Position numbers and translations under genes: made by a program | In this document: one piece after another, positions 12,875 to 24,569 of the stretch | Layout of the letters: each line of letters starts with the position of its first letter | Numbering within the stretch: position 1 is the stretch's first letter | The notes under the pieces: generated by a model | Seen by the model: the letters and a program-made list of their open reading frames with translations, nothing else | The model's database searches: none | What the model was told of the DNA's origin: nothing | Source of the DNA: Alloascoidea hylecoeti | Taxonomy: Eukaryota | DNA: 64,000 bases | Direction of reading: 5' to 3' | Assembly: GCA_001600815.1 (NCBI GenBank) | Contig: BCKZ01000015.1 | Coordinates: 310,001 to 374,000, forward strand

Positions 12875-13919
12875 TTTTGCAATTATCATTCTATCATTTT
12901 GCCATATTATCATTATCACTTTTCTTATTGATTTTTTGATTTTCTGATTTTTGTGTTCTCTATATCTCTCTATACATTACCAGTATTACTGTCCTTTTTT
13001 TATTGTCATTGATTTCTTTGAGTTTACTTTTTATCTTTCATTTTCATTTTCATGTTAACTATATGTTATTTATGAATACAATGTCATTTATCCATCCTAT
13101 AAAAAGAGCAAAGAAAATTATAATAATAATAGAATATATCTTTAGTTCATATTATATGGTATACGATACGATATAATGCGTACATTTTAAAAATTAAACA
13201 ATACATTTGTCTTGTGATGTTACTTTTGAAATAAATACTCGGATATATATTATAATAGATATATTGTCATTATTCATATCTCCTCAAATTGTCTACGAAA
13301 TGAATATATTTTGTTTTGCACTATTTTTTTTATAAGAGACAACTATAAGATTTTATATATATTATATAAACAATTGCAAATAATAATAAATGAGTGAATA
13401 AAAAAAAGAGCGTCAACCAACTGACACCTAAGGAAAGGTGTATTACATAATCCACGCAACACATACACACCCCACAAACACTCACCACAACACGCACCTC
13501 ATACCACCATGTTCACCCTCTGAATCTACGTACACCCTAAACAGATGCATAGAATGCGATTGGCGAACAAAAGCGATCATTTTCTCTCAAAAATGGAATA
13601 GATATGCACGTGAATTCACGTGCGGTTTCCTAGGGTAATTTGTCAATTGGTCTTTTACTCTAAAAAAATTATAAAACTATACCTATTTAGTAGCTATGGA
13701 AATCGTAATATAAAAAGACAGAATCTGGATATATGGGTTGCTTTGTGATGGAACAATAAATCTTATAACGGTACACTTTTGCAATAAGTAACCTACAATG
13801 ACTAGCTAGAATACCAGGTACATAATATTTAGAAAACACCCCATAAATCAATTCACATTAAGCCTATAAATATATCATATTTAAGAAAAAAACAATTTCA
13901 AAATACATTATTATTATTA

Positions 13920-15902
13920 TCAAGCTTTGTAGTTAGATATCTCATCTGAGACTTGTCTAACAATAATACTTTTCCACCTATTTTCATCATCCATTAATTT
14001 GTCACCATAGTCATTATTATTATTACAATCATTATTAAGCCCCTCCTCTAACAATTTGTATAGTTTTCTACTAATCTTCTTGTTAATATTAGTATAATTT
14101 ATTTTATCGATAACTTTATCTCTGTAAAATGGTCTTAACTCATCCCGTACCCAAGATTGTAAAATATTTTTCTCTCTTAATGATAACTCCCTATCACTGG
14201 TGCTTTCACTCGTTCCAATATTAATATTACAACCGAGTGGTGATTGTGATACAGGTGAAGATAATAGTGGTGATTCAATATTAGGTGTAGACCTGTCATT
14301 TGTACTTCCCGGTGGCGTTAATTGAGAAATGTCCGATGTAGATGTAGTGCATTCACAACTAGGGCCTATAGTTGTAGAAACTATTCCAGGTCTATGGGAT
14401 CTATTCGTATAAACTTGTAAAGGTGATGTGATATTCCTCATTATAGCATCCGAGGCTGATGAAGAGATTATTGATAATGGAGGTTCATTGTTAATATTAG
14501 CATTTCTCATCTTTCGTAATAACGTTTCTAGAGTACTAACATAGGGAGCATTATTGGTAGTAGTTGATGCAGTACTTGTGGTACACGCGCTTAAACTTCC
14601 ACTTTGACAAGGTTGTGATAGTTCTTGTGTTTTGTTTAAATCAGGTGTATTATTGTCTAAATGTCTAGGCGATCGGTGGCACCTTGATGGCCTTTTTAAT
14701 TTACGTGGTGGTTCATTATAAGAGCTATCAGAAGTTGTATTTGAAAATGAATTTGAAGTTGAAAATTGATTTGGAACTGGAATTAGAACTGGATTTGGAA
14801 CTGGATTTGGATTTGAAGTTGGATTTGAAGTTGGATTTGAAGTTGGATTTGAAGTTGGATTTGAAGTTGGATTTGAAATCGGAACTGAAGTTGGAATTGA
14901 AGTTGCAGTAGAATTTATTTTTAAAGGTGAGATTGAGGTTGAAGTTGAAGTTAATATAACTACATTTTCATTTCTGTTTCTTTCATTACTGCTGCTTCCA
15001 TTCTCATCATTATCATGTAAAGCATGTTCTAATTGTCTCCAAGATTCTGTAATTTCAAGAGGCAAATCTGTAGTTAAGTTTCCGGGTTCAGTATTTTGTG
15101 GTCGTTGATTTTCAGTTATTCGCGTTCTTGTCCCGTTATCAAACCTACTTCTTTGTTGCCTTCTTCTTTGGGGGTCAACCCGAGAATATTGTTCGGAACT
15201 TACAGCTGGAATAATCAACCCACCGTATGGACTTGATCGTATCTGTCGTGGCGCGCGTTGTCTTCTGAGAGCATTATTACCTAATCTCACTCTTAAAGTA
15301 GATTGACTAGAATCGCACAACGGGCAAACCCAATGATTTGAAGAAATTATCGTTGATCGATTCATTCCTAAACAATTTGGATGATAAATACCAGAACATT
15401 GATCACAAATAGCCATACCTGTTCTTCCATTCAATCTTGAATCACATAAAGAGCATATACCCATAAAAGTAATATCAATTGGAATTACTGGCAATTCTTC
15501 AGAACTTGGTCGTATATCTGTATCTTCAGATTTATATGATAAGATTTTATCTGCAACATCATAAGATGTATGGATGCTATCGATATCATTAATGTTGTTG
15601 TTTGGACTAGCATTTAATTTTATAACATCAACTTTATTGAATTTTCCTCGACATTTAGGACAAGTATTTGATCGTTCGGCCCATGATCTAATACACCAAT
15701 CATGATAGACATGATGACATGGATTAATTCTTGCAACCAATGTTTTAAGCTGATCATTTTTCACATTTTGTAAAGCAGAAGGTGGTAATGATAAAGAACC
15801 GTCAACATCCAAATTTAGTGGATCTAAGCAAATGGTACAGGACTCAAATTCATTTTCGATATCATTTTCTTCAACACACTTCCCATTATTTCTATTGGAC
15901 AT
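13920..15902 (-). CDS. ASR1: RING-H2/PHD ubiquitin ligase with C-terminal Pol II CTD-binding region (Asr1/PHRF1-like)
   Basis: N-terminal RING (CTIC..CHHVYHDWC..CPKC), PHD (CSLC..CDQC..YHPNC..WVCPLC) and C-terminal VRDELRPFY..YTNINKKISRKLY. Lies next to RDS3 and SYT1 as in S. cerevisiae. Confidence 0.85.
   Translation of the reverse strand: MSNRNNGKCVEENDIENEFESCTICLDPLNLDVDGSLSLPPSALQNVKNDQLKTLVARINPCHHVYHDWCIRSWAERSNTCPKCRGKFNKVDVIKLNASPNNNINDIDSIHTSYDVADKILSYKSEDTDIRPSSEELPVIPIDITFMGICSLCDSRLNGRTGMAICDQCSGIYHPNCLGMNRSTIISSNHWVCPLCDSSQSTLRVRLGNNALRRQRAPRQIRSSPYGGLIIPAVSSEQYSRVDPQRRRQQRSRFDNGTRTRITENQRPQNTEPGNLTTDLPLEITESWRQLEHALHDNDENGSSSNERNRNENVVILTSTSTSISPLKINSTATSIPTSVPISNPTSNPTSNPTSNPTSNPTSNPNPVPNPVLIPVPNQFSTSNSFSNTTSDSSYNEPPRKLKRPSRCHRSPRHLDNNTPDLNKTQELSQPCQSGSLSACTTSTASTTTNNAPYVSTLETLLRKMRNANINNEPPLSIISSSASDAIMRNITSPLQVYTNRSHRPGIVSTTIGPSCECTTSTSDISQLTPPGSTNDRSTPNIESPLLSSPVSQSPLGCNINIGTSESTSDRELSLREKNILQSWVRDELRPFYRDKVIDKINYTNINKKISRKLYKLLEEGLNNDCNNNNDYGDKLMDDENRWKSIIVRQVSDEISNYKA
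14806..14877. repeat. Coding minisatellite of ~6 x 12 bp (TTGGATTTGAAG) encoding (SNPT)n in ASR1
   Basis: Directly visible. Confidence 0.9.
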
Positions 15903-17667
15903 CTTTTAGTACACTATGGAATGGTCTTATTTAAATATTATCATTCATTAAATATCAAAAAGAAACAGGGAGAGAGAAAGAAGGGAAAGGGAAAAAGGCA
16001 GCAGGAACACCATTCTTATATAGTCAATGCTAGTCACGTGAAAATAACTCCCAATATTAATACTCCTCTTCAATAATTATAAGATCGATGTTAAATTATC
16101 TTACTTCCGCGTTTTTCACAAATATAATGATAAGCTATCTTCCTGAAATTATAGCATATAAATCCATAAATAAATAAATATAGATTTAAATTTGCCCACA
16201 GAATCCTTGTTGCTGATATTGTAAAGAAGTTAAGAAAACCCAGTTTTTATTTGCTCCCCAATTTCCCACAATGCATAATTATAGTTAATCAAATGATATT
16301 ATGAAATAAACTATATGGTTTAAAGCTCCCGAAGTTCAATGGCGTTCACAATTAATTATAAATTCATGCTCATTATCCTATATAATCTTCTACAAAACTA
16401 ATAGTAAAGCTATTTTAATACTCTTCAGCGCAAATATTCAACGCAGCCAAACCCTTTAATTTATACAAACTGTCTCCAATTGGAGGTAGTATCTATTATA
16501 CACGAATGTTTGGGTTATGAAGTCAGTTTAAAACTTCTAGATAGTTTTCTACTCTGAATTCGCCCTATAGGAAGAAGATTTTTCTCACTTTAATGTACGT
16601 ATTATAAAGATATGGGAAAATAAAATTTTGTTTATAGAGTGACAAAATATTTCGATATTTGGCTTCATTCATATGCTTGACATTTAGGGGCAAATGTATG
16701 GATATAGTTTCACCATTTTATAGAGTAAATTGTTCGATGTTCAGAGGATAAAGTTCGCTATTTGGTTTCATTTATGTCTTTAGTCATAACCTTTGAAATA
16801 CATTTAGCACTATGATCAATATATATTTTCAGCTGAGGAGAAAGAAGTATTACACCATAGGAATAGTTATAGCACCAAGCTTGAGCTCGAGAGTATTGAA
16901 ACTCCAAAAACTATTTCTTCTGGAAATTAAACTTCTCTTGAAATATTTTACCTTGCCTGTAAAAGAGATGATGATGAAGTATACGTAGTTAATAATCATT
17001 AATATTTTAGCAGAAGTCAATCAAAAGTTATCATCAATTTCAACACATTTAACACTATTTGATTTCAGAATATCACCATTTTAAATTTGTAGAGAAAGAA
17101 AAAGCGAATAAAAAAGCAGAAGGCTTAAGGAACTGTATTTAAGTGTCCCATAAGAATGAGAGATTATAATTTATACTCATACAAAGGATAACTATCGTCA
17201 AATATAATAAGATTAAGCAAATATGTTTATTTGAACTGATTTTTCCTCTAAGTCATATTCATACATATATTACCCAAAATTTTAATCCTTAATTTGCACT
17301 TTACCTTGGCTAAGTAGAGAGAGCGTGTTAGTAAATAAAATTTAAATCTTGGATGTTCAAGAAATTGATCTCTCAGTTTTTTGAAGATTGAAAGTTCTCA
17401 TAATTTAGGCTATTCCAAGGGTTCAGATGTTCTTATCCTCATCATAATTAATTACACTACCGGTATATATTGAACTTGTATGTTCCTATAAATTGTATAG
17501 CCATAATTACCTGGGTTATAAGCTCCATTGAAATCAGTTTCATGATCAAACATATCCGTCCAACTTGTTCATTCACTCTTTCCACTAACTATAGCAATTT
17601 CATGACAAATGATCCAAATTATAAGAATTATTGTTTTCATCTATATTACACAAAATTTTTAATCGTG

Positions 17668-18189
17668 TTATATTTGTTGCCTAATGTCTTGATTTTCCAA
17701 TTCCCGCCCTCGTCTTAATCTCTCCAATGATTGAAGTTCTAACAATTCCAATTCCCTACGGTACATTTCAAGTGACCTAGGATGGGTAAGTTCATAGTTA
17801 GTGTTATAGGTAGTATCAGGTCTGATATTAAATCTAGTGTCGCAGCAAGTATCAAATGGTATTATTCTTGTCGAATATATCTTACCATTTCTTTTTGGAT
17901 CAGGATACAGTTTTACAACATCAAACTGCTCGAATTTACCTCGGCATTTAGGACAAGTATTTGATAGTTTGGACCATGATTTAATACACCAATGATGATA
18001 AACATGAAGACATGGATCAATTCTTCCAACAAGTGCTTTATCATCGGCTATAGAAATTCCTTCAGCATCGACATATAGGGGATCCAAGCAGATAGAGCAA
18101 GGATCAACTTCATTATTGTTATCACTGCTTGAATTGATATCATTAACTGGTTCAATCACAGCGCATTTTTTATTATTTTGATTTGACAT
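17668..18189 (-). CDS. RING-only tandem paralog of ASR1 (173 aa), possibly a truncated pseudogene
   Basis: MSNQNNKKC..CSICLDPL..GRIDPCLHVYHHWCIKSWSKLSNTCPKCRGKF is near-identical in motif to the ASR1 N-terminus. No PHD or C-terminal domain. Confidence 0.75.
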   Translation of the reverse strand: MSNQNNKKCAVIEPVNDINSSSDNNNEVDPCSICLDPLYVDAEGISIADDKALVGRIDPCLHVYHHWCIKSWSKLSNTCPKCRGKFEQFDVVKLYPDPKRNGKIYSTRIIPFDTCCDTRFNIRPDTTYNTNYELTHPRSLEMYRRELELLELQSLERLRRGRELENQDIRQQI

Positions 18190-18548
18190 CCTTAAATTCG
18201 TTGCGTGTTTTATTATTATTTAATTTGAATAGCAACCACAGAAACAAAAAAAAAAAAGGAGAAAAAGCATTAATTTAATATTTTCCATATACAGTTATTC
18301 CACTTAATTTAGGCTACCTTTTGAAGAATAATTCGTCCATTGCGTTGCCGATTTGTCGCCATATAACTTATGCATTGCTAAAAATATAGCAGTCGGCCTC
18401 AATTAAACTTTACGGTTACTTTTTCTAGGGACCTGCAAAAAGCCCTGATAATGGTTTAAACTCTTCTTCAGATTATCCGTAAACTCTAGAGATTCTTTTA
18501 GTCTATATAAAATGACATTTTAAGTTTAGTATTTAGTGTTGAGATTCC

Positions 18549-18910
18549 CTAATTAACATAAACGGCTGCTATTCTAGGAGGATTGGAGTCAATAAGATTA
18601 TTAATGATATCATGGTTCGAAAGAGACTCAAATGATTGAACTTTTTTTACTTCTACACCATGTGGAAGACTCATAATCGTAATTCCTGCATTGCGATGCA
18701 CTTTGTAGAGGAGATTACACATGTGCTCAATCCGATTTGGGTTTGTTATTCTGCCTGAATATAAGACCAATTGAAGCAAAGTTCCATTCGAGAAGTTTTG
18801 TGCCGGTGGTTGTTTCTACTATTAGTATTCACCACTCTATATTATTCTAGGCCTACAATGAAGTACGACTTCCTTTCCAAATTCCAGCCGATACCATTAC
18901 ACTTGCATTT
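18549..18910 (-). mobile_element. Degenerate Tc1/mariner transposase fragment
   Basis: Broken frames give ASVMVSAGIWKGSRTSL, TTGTKLLE..GLIFRQNNKP, IEHMCNLL and INNLIDSNPPRIAAVY. These match Tc1 DDE motifs and the relic at 34.3-34.8 kb. Confidence 0.7.
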
Positions 18911-20197
18911 TCTCTTTAGAATTACAATTACCTAAGGGTATATTTAAAAATATGCACATATGGGTTTTATTAGAGGTGTCCACCAAGAACCTGTAACTAT
19001 AAGATTAATCGGGACCAGCTGTATATATAAGCATATACATATGATATTAAAGGATATACACCTATCGCGATTAGACATGATTAGCTGATTCCACTTAAAT
19101 TCAGCCACATGATGCTTAATTATAGGCCCACATATTTCGCCATCTCTATATGCATATACCTTTATATAAACAATTCATATTGCGGCTGAAAATTAGGGCA
19201 TATTACTGCATATGTATCATCTTGTGGGAGTTAAGTGAAAGTCTGTAACCCTAGGTATGGTTCCAATATTAGTTTTAATTGCTTATTATAAAACCAGTGT
19301 AACTTATAACAACTCGTAAAGGAAAATAATAAAAAGTATATTCTTAAACTTAGCTTATAGAAAGTAAAGTTTATATTGAGAAGTGAAAATTGAATAGAAT
19401 AAACATAGCGACGACTTTCCGAAACCGTAAATTACAGAATAGTTATATCATAAATCTTAAAGAATTCATAAAGACTCACTAGAAGGCCAAAAGTAGTATT
19501 GAATCAGTTAGTTATAACCCGTATTGTTTAAATTAAATATTTTGTTTTATTGGAATAATTAGTTAAACTTAAAACAACTCTCTTATAGTGCACTTAGTTA
19601 CAGCAATATTAGAAAACTATTACCAGTGCCACCTTAATTAATAAATAAAGGTCACCACCCAAATCAGCAGGGTGGGTTGCCAAATCTTGGATAACCTCTC
19701 TTCTTTGGCAAATAACAATTGGTCTAACTTAATATTTTTTACTATGCATTTTCTCTTCCTCCATTCACATCCATATACAAAATGTTCCGATGAAACCTCC
19801 CCTCTACTCACACGGGATGGCAGCTTTAGTACCATAATGTTTAGATAGATGATGGCTCTTTTAATACCGAAAATTCTAACTGCCAGATCTATCCAATGCC
19901 TTTCGGTATTGTAACTTTTGGTTTTGATTGAGGTACTTCAACACTACTTTCTGTACATGACTTTCTAGATCTTCTTGCCAAACCAGCACAGTCTTGTACT
20001 TTATGTAATTTGTTTCAAATAGAATATCTCTAGATGTACACCTTACCGCGGATTAAACTATGTACTGTTGCACGAAATATTTATTGCTTATTCACGAAGG
20101 TTTCTAGAGGTCACGTGTGGATAATCCATCTCTACACCACATCGAAATATAAATTATTAAGCTTAACCTTCTTCATTATTTTCTATTCGATTCAATC

Positions 20198-20612
20198 ATG
20201 TCAAGACACCATCCAGATTTGGTGATGTGTATGAAACAACCAGGCACAACGATAGGTAAACTGTGTGATAAATGTGATGGTAAATGTCCCGCTTGTGATA
20301 GTTATGTACGACCAACATATCCAGTGAGAATTTGTGATGAGTGTGCTTTTGGAAATAATGCTGGAAAATGTATTTCATGTGGTTCACCAGTAAGTTTTTA
20401 ACTTATACATAATATACATGTATACTAAACTAATTGATATTTTCATACTAATTTTATTTTTTTTCTTATTCGTTTTTTAGGGAGTTGCTGATGCTTATTA
20501 TTGTTTTGAATGTGTCCGTACTGAAAAACATTTTGATGGATGCCCAAAAATTATAAATTTAGGATCAAGTAAAAGTGATTTATGGTATGAACGACGAAAA
20601 TTTAAAAATTAA
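20198..20612 (+). CDS. RDS3: SF3b subunit Rds3/PHF5A; exons 20198-20389 and 20481-20612
   Basis: [39 protein letters not shown]...TACTAAT...TAG intron joins in frame to [27 protein letters not shown]. Confidence 0.96.
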
Positions 20613-20963
20613 TTAAAAGAAATTAATAAATAAGTTAAAAACAAACCAAAACAAAACAAAGACAAAGTTAAAACTGAAAGAAAAAAAAAGTATAGACTAT
20701 TAATAATTGTTAACGCTTAAATGAATGAATGATTTAAAATCAAATGTTAAAAACTTCATAAACCAAAGAAGAAGAAAAAAAAAGTATAAACTAATAACAA
20801 AAAAGACAAATAAATTAAAACAAATGTATTCTTATTGTTAAATATATATAATTATTGTCATCAAAAACTAAACAATAAATATTAAGCATCCTTTTGCATA
20901 TTGCACATTTCACATTTCACATTGATATATAACATTATCATCATATCGTAATACCATATTTGA

Positions 20964-23900
20964 TTACGGTAATCTAATAACAATTTCACTTTCATAATTA
21001 GTTGAATTTGAAGAATTATGATTAATATAAATATTTGGTGATGTTGTTTGTAATGGTTGAGAATCAGCACTTTTAAAATCATCATCATCTGAATTATCAT
21101 CATCATTATAATTGTTATTGTTATTGTCGAAGTTATTATTTGAGTTTGTTGGATTGATTGTTAATTCTAATTCGCTATAACTATCATTTTCATTATCATT
21201 ATCACTATCATTTTCTTTAATTAATCTCATACTTTTTCCGATTCCAATTTCATTATTATTATCATTTATATTTCTAATTTCATCTTCATCTTCATCTTCT
21301 TCATCATCATTTAATTCTTGTGTTGAAGAAATTTCTTTAACATCATTGTATATTATTCCCTTTTCATAATTTAAAACTAATCTATATGATTCATTTCTTG
21401 AAATTGCCATCCATAATAATTTTAATTTAAATATTAAAGTTTTTGAAATAATACTTAATGAATCTCTTGTTTTTTGTTGTAATGGTGTTAAAATTTTTAA
21501 TTGTGAAACAGATTTAAAATATTCTTGTAATAATTTTTGTTGAGCTAAATGTTCATTTTTTAAAATTATTAATTCTTTATTTATTGAATTTAATCTAGCT
21601 ATTTGAGTTTCATTTTGACATTTTAATTGAGATTTAAATTTTTTAATTATTGATGATGTTGATGATGATGGTTTTGTTGGTTGTGGTGTTGGTATTGAAG
21701 AAGGTGATTGAATTGGAATTAAACCTAGATCATTTTCTTCTAAAAATGAATCATTAGGTTTTGAATATATAGATATATTTGGTGGTGGTATATTATCAGT
21801 TTCATTTTCATTTAATTTTGATGTTCCATTTATCGTTTTTAATGTATCATCATCCGTTATTCTTGTTATATTAGAATCAGGTAAAGTAATAAATGATGAT
21901 TGGATTGATTCTTTTTTAGAATTTAAATTTGAAGTTGATTGAGTATAAGAATTTGATTCTAAATTTCTGTAAATTTCAGCAGATCTTCTGATTTCAAAAG
22001 ATCTTGAACTGCTGCCAGAACCTGAGCCAGAACCTAAATTTGAATTTGAACCTGAACTATTTGAATTTAAATTTAAATTTAAAGATTTTGAAGATCTTGT
22101 TCTTGAATGAGAATGAGAACCACCGGCACCATTTGAAATAGAATATGACTGTGAATGTAAATAATTTATTGATCTATTAAAACCTAAAGATCTAATTTCT
22201 TCAGATAAATCAATATTACAAGTATTTAAGGTTGAAATATAATTTATTGCATTTATCCATAAAATCATATCATTAAAATTTTCAGAAATTAATAATTGAT
22301 TTGTACCATCATTATTATAAATATAAAAAGATTTTTCATTTTCATTATTATTATTTTCTGAAAATTCATTTGTTTGTGGATGTGATGAAGATTGTTGTCG
22401 TAAAGCAATTAACTTTTTAGTTGTAATTGATAATAATGGAGTAAAATCATCAATTGATATACTTATTGTTGCATCTTTAACTAAATTAGTTGAGTTTTCA
22501 AAAGAGTTTTCAAAAGTATTTGATTCTTGTGATGAAGGTGATTGAACAGGAGTATTTGAATTTGAATTTGAATATGAATATGAATTTGAATGTAAATGTA
22601 AATGTGATGGAGATTCATTAAGATTTAAATTTTCTAATTGATTTGACCACCAAGAGTCTTTGAAAAAATATAAATTTGATAAAGTTAATATAACATCAAA
22701 TTGTTTAAAAGGTGCACCACTATTTTTAATATTTGAATTGGTGTTAGAAGATCTTGGTTGTTTACGATTACGTAATAAGTCTTTTACATTTAAATTTGTA
22801 ATTAATTTACCAAATTTGATAACTTTAATATCAACAGAACCTGGTTGTGATAAATCAATATTAACATCATCTTCTTCTTCATCAATATTATTATTGAATG
22901 CCTGTTGTTGTGATTGAGATGGAGATTTATAAATTGAAAAAGAACCAGTTCTTGATCTCATTGAACATAATCTCAGGAAAGGTTGTTGTAAAATTAATAT
23001 TCTAGTTTCAATGAATTCTTCAACGCTTAAATAATGAATTTTAAAAGCATTTTTAGTATTTAATTGATTTGTTATAATTGTAGGTCTTACAGAATCAATT
23101 ATACCTTCATTAATTAAATAATAGGGATCAATATTTAAATTTGAATTTGAGTTATTACCCCAGCTTGGAAAAGTATTTGATTTTTTATTAACAATTTTAG
23201 AAGTTGTTGATGAAGATAATGAAAGATTTGGAGAATGTAATTGAACAGATTGTATAAAATGATCATCAGAATGAATAAAAGGGGTAAAAGTAATATTATC
23301 ATAAAAACATTCAAGTGTAAAATTTTCAATATTATTTGTTGAACCAGTTAAATTTTTTAAAAATTCATATTTTGACATTTTTTTTTTATTATTTTTATTG
23401 AAAAAATCAGTATGTAACATGATTAATGAATAAGTTAATATATAACAATCTTCATAATTTTCAAATATTTTTAAATTTGAATTGCATTGATAATACCTTT
23501 TTGAAAAGATTTCTAAAACTCGATCAATTTGTTGAGATTCTTTTGGTAATTCTGATATTAAAAGGAACTTTCTTAAAGATAAATCTAAAGGTTCATCATT
23601 GAAATCGAATTCTTGCAAGTATAAAGACATTGTTTGTTGATTAAAATCATCATTTTTATGTGACAGAAAGCAGTTTATGTATCTTTCGAAATGTAAGGAT
23701 TTCATTCTTGAAATGTATTGTTTTGGAGTTTCATTTTCCAAAGGAGGGATATTTGGAGGATCACTGATATTTATGAAGGATGGAGAACTGAGAGACACCT
23801 TTGAAGAAGATGACGGGGTATTTGAGGCGGAATTTGAAGATAACATACTATTTAAAGTAGATACGAAATTGGTGCCATTTCGCTTCTTAGCTTCTTGGTC

Positions 23901-24413
23901 AAGAGAACCCAAAGTTTTGCTACGTCTCCTTCTGACCTCAACGGAAGATTTCTTTTTAACGGGGGTTTCAGTGGCAGCTGAGTGGATTGAGTGTTGGGAT
24001 TGTATGGACAAGGAACGTGCTCTCAAGGAGACTGGGGGAGGCGAGGGGGCGGCCAGGGTCTGGGTCTGAGCCTGGGCCTGGTTCTCTTGGAAGAACATGG
24101 AGAGGGTCTTCCTTCGCAAACGGGAGAAAGGACGTCGTTTGGTGGACGGAGGGACGGGAGGGGCCGTGAGGGTGGATCTGAGGGACGCGGAGGATGCGTT
24201 TCTGTGCAGTGGGGGAGGGGACATGCGTGGGGACAGCCGTGCGGATTGGGTGTGGGAGGGTAGATCCAGCGACGGCCGCTTGTGTTGGGCTCTGCGTCCC
24301 AGAAACCGGTGGATTCCCGGGAGTCTGTGGGGAACACTTTTGGGATCGGCCTGAGGATCGGCCTGAGGATCGGTCTGAGGATCACTTAGTGGGTGTGTCA
24401 TTGTGCAGGGCAT
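20964..24413 (-). CDS. SYT1: Sec7-domain Arf GEF with a PH-like region (Syt1-like); start ATG at 24413 or 24401
   Basis: Sec7 motifs LRKFL..LPKESQQIDRVLEIF, YILTYSLIMLHTD and FYDNITFTPF; later WINAINY; syntenic with RDS3. Confidence 0.85.
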   Translation of the reverse strand: MPCTMTHPLSDPQTDPQADPQADPKSVPHRLPGIHRFLGRRAQHKRPSLDLPSHTQSARLSPRMSPPPLHRNASSASLRSTLTAPPVPPSTKRRPFSRLRRKTLSMFFQENQAQAQTQTLAAPSPPPVSLRARSLSIQSQHSIHSAATETPVKKKSSVEVRRRRSKTLGSLDQEAKKRNGTNFVSTLNSMLSSNSASNTPSSSSKVSLSSPSFINISDPPNIPPLENETPKQYISRMKSLHFERYINCFLSHKNDDFNQQTMSLYLQEFDFNDEPLDLSLRKFLLISELPKESQQIDRVLEIFSKRYYQCNSNLKIFENYEDCYILTYSLIMLHTDFFNKNNKKKMSKYEFLKNLTGSTNNIENFTLECFYDNITFTPFIHSDDHFIQSVQLHSPNLSLSSSTTSKIVNKKSNTFPSWGNNSNSNLNIDPYYLINEGIIDSVRPTIITNQLNTKNAFKIHYLSVEEFIETRILILQQPFLRLCSMRSRTGSFSIYKSPSQSQQQAFNNNIDEEEDDVNIDLSQPGSVDIKVIKFGKLITNLNVKDLLRNRKQPRSSNTNSNIKNSGAPFKQFDVILTLSNLYFFKDSWWSNQLENLNLNESPSHLHLHSNSYSYSNSNSNTPVQSPSSQESNTFENSFENSTNLVKDATISISIDDFTPLLSITTKKLIALRQQSSSHPQTNEFSENNNNENEKSFYIYNNDGTNQLLISENFNDMILWINAINYISTLNTCNIDLSEEIRSLGFNRSINYLHSQSYSISNGAGGSHSHSRTRSSKSLNLNLNSNSSGSNSNLGSGSGSGSSSRSFEIRRSAEIYRNLESNSYTQSTSNLNSKKESIQSSFITLPDSNITRITDDDTLKTINGTSKLNENETDNIPPPNISIYSKPNDSFLEENDLGLIPIQSPSSIPTPQPTKPSSSTSSIIKKFKSQLKCQNETQIARLNSINKELIILKNEHLAQQKLLQEYFKSVSQLKILTPLQQKTRDSLSIISKTLIFKLKLLWMAISRNESYRLVLNYEKGIIYNDVKEISSTQELNDDEEDEDEDEIRNINDNNNEIGIGKSMRLIKENDSDNDNENDSYSELELTINPTNSNNNFDNNNNNYNDDDNSDDDDFKSADSQPLQTTSPNIYINHNSSNSTNYESEIVIRLP

Positions 24414-24569
24414 CCCACCATCAATCAATCAACCAACAATAATAAAACAGCAGCAGAATGTAACGAAGCCTGCCGTTTACCCGGACTTCTCCAACACGTT
24501 TCCTCTCTCCGAGCCAAGAGGGCAAAAGCCAAACGGCCAAAGCCAAACGGCAGAACCAAAAAGCCAACA

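Noticed and set aside
14684..14911. ORF with (LKLD)n repeat
   Set aside because: Antisense shadow of the 12-bp minisatellite in ASR1; non-ATG start.
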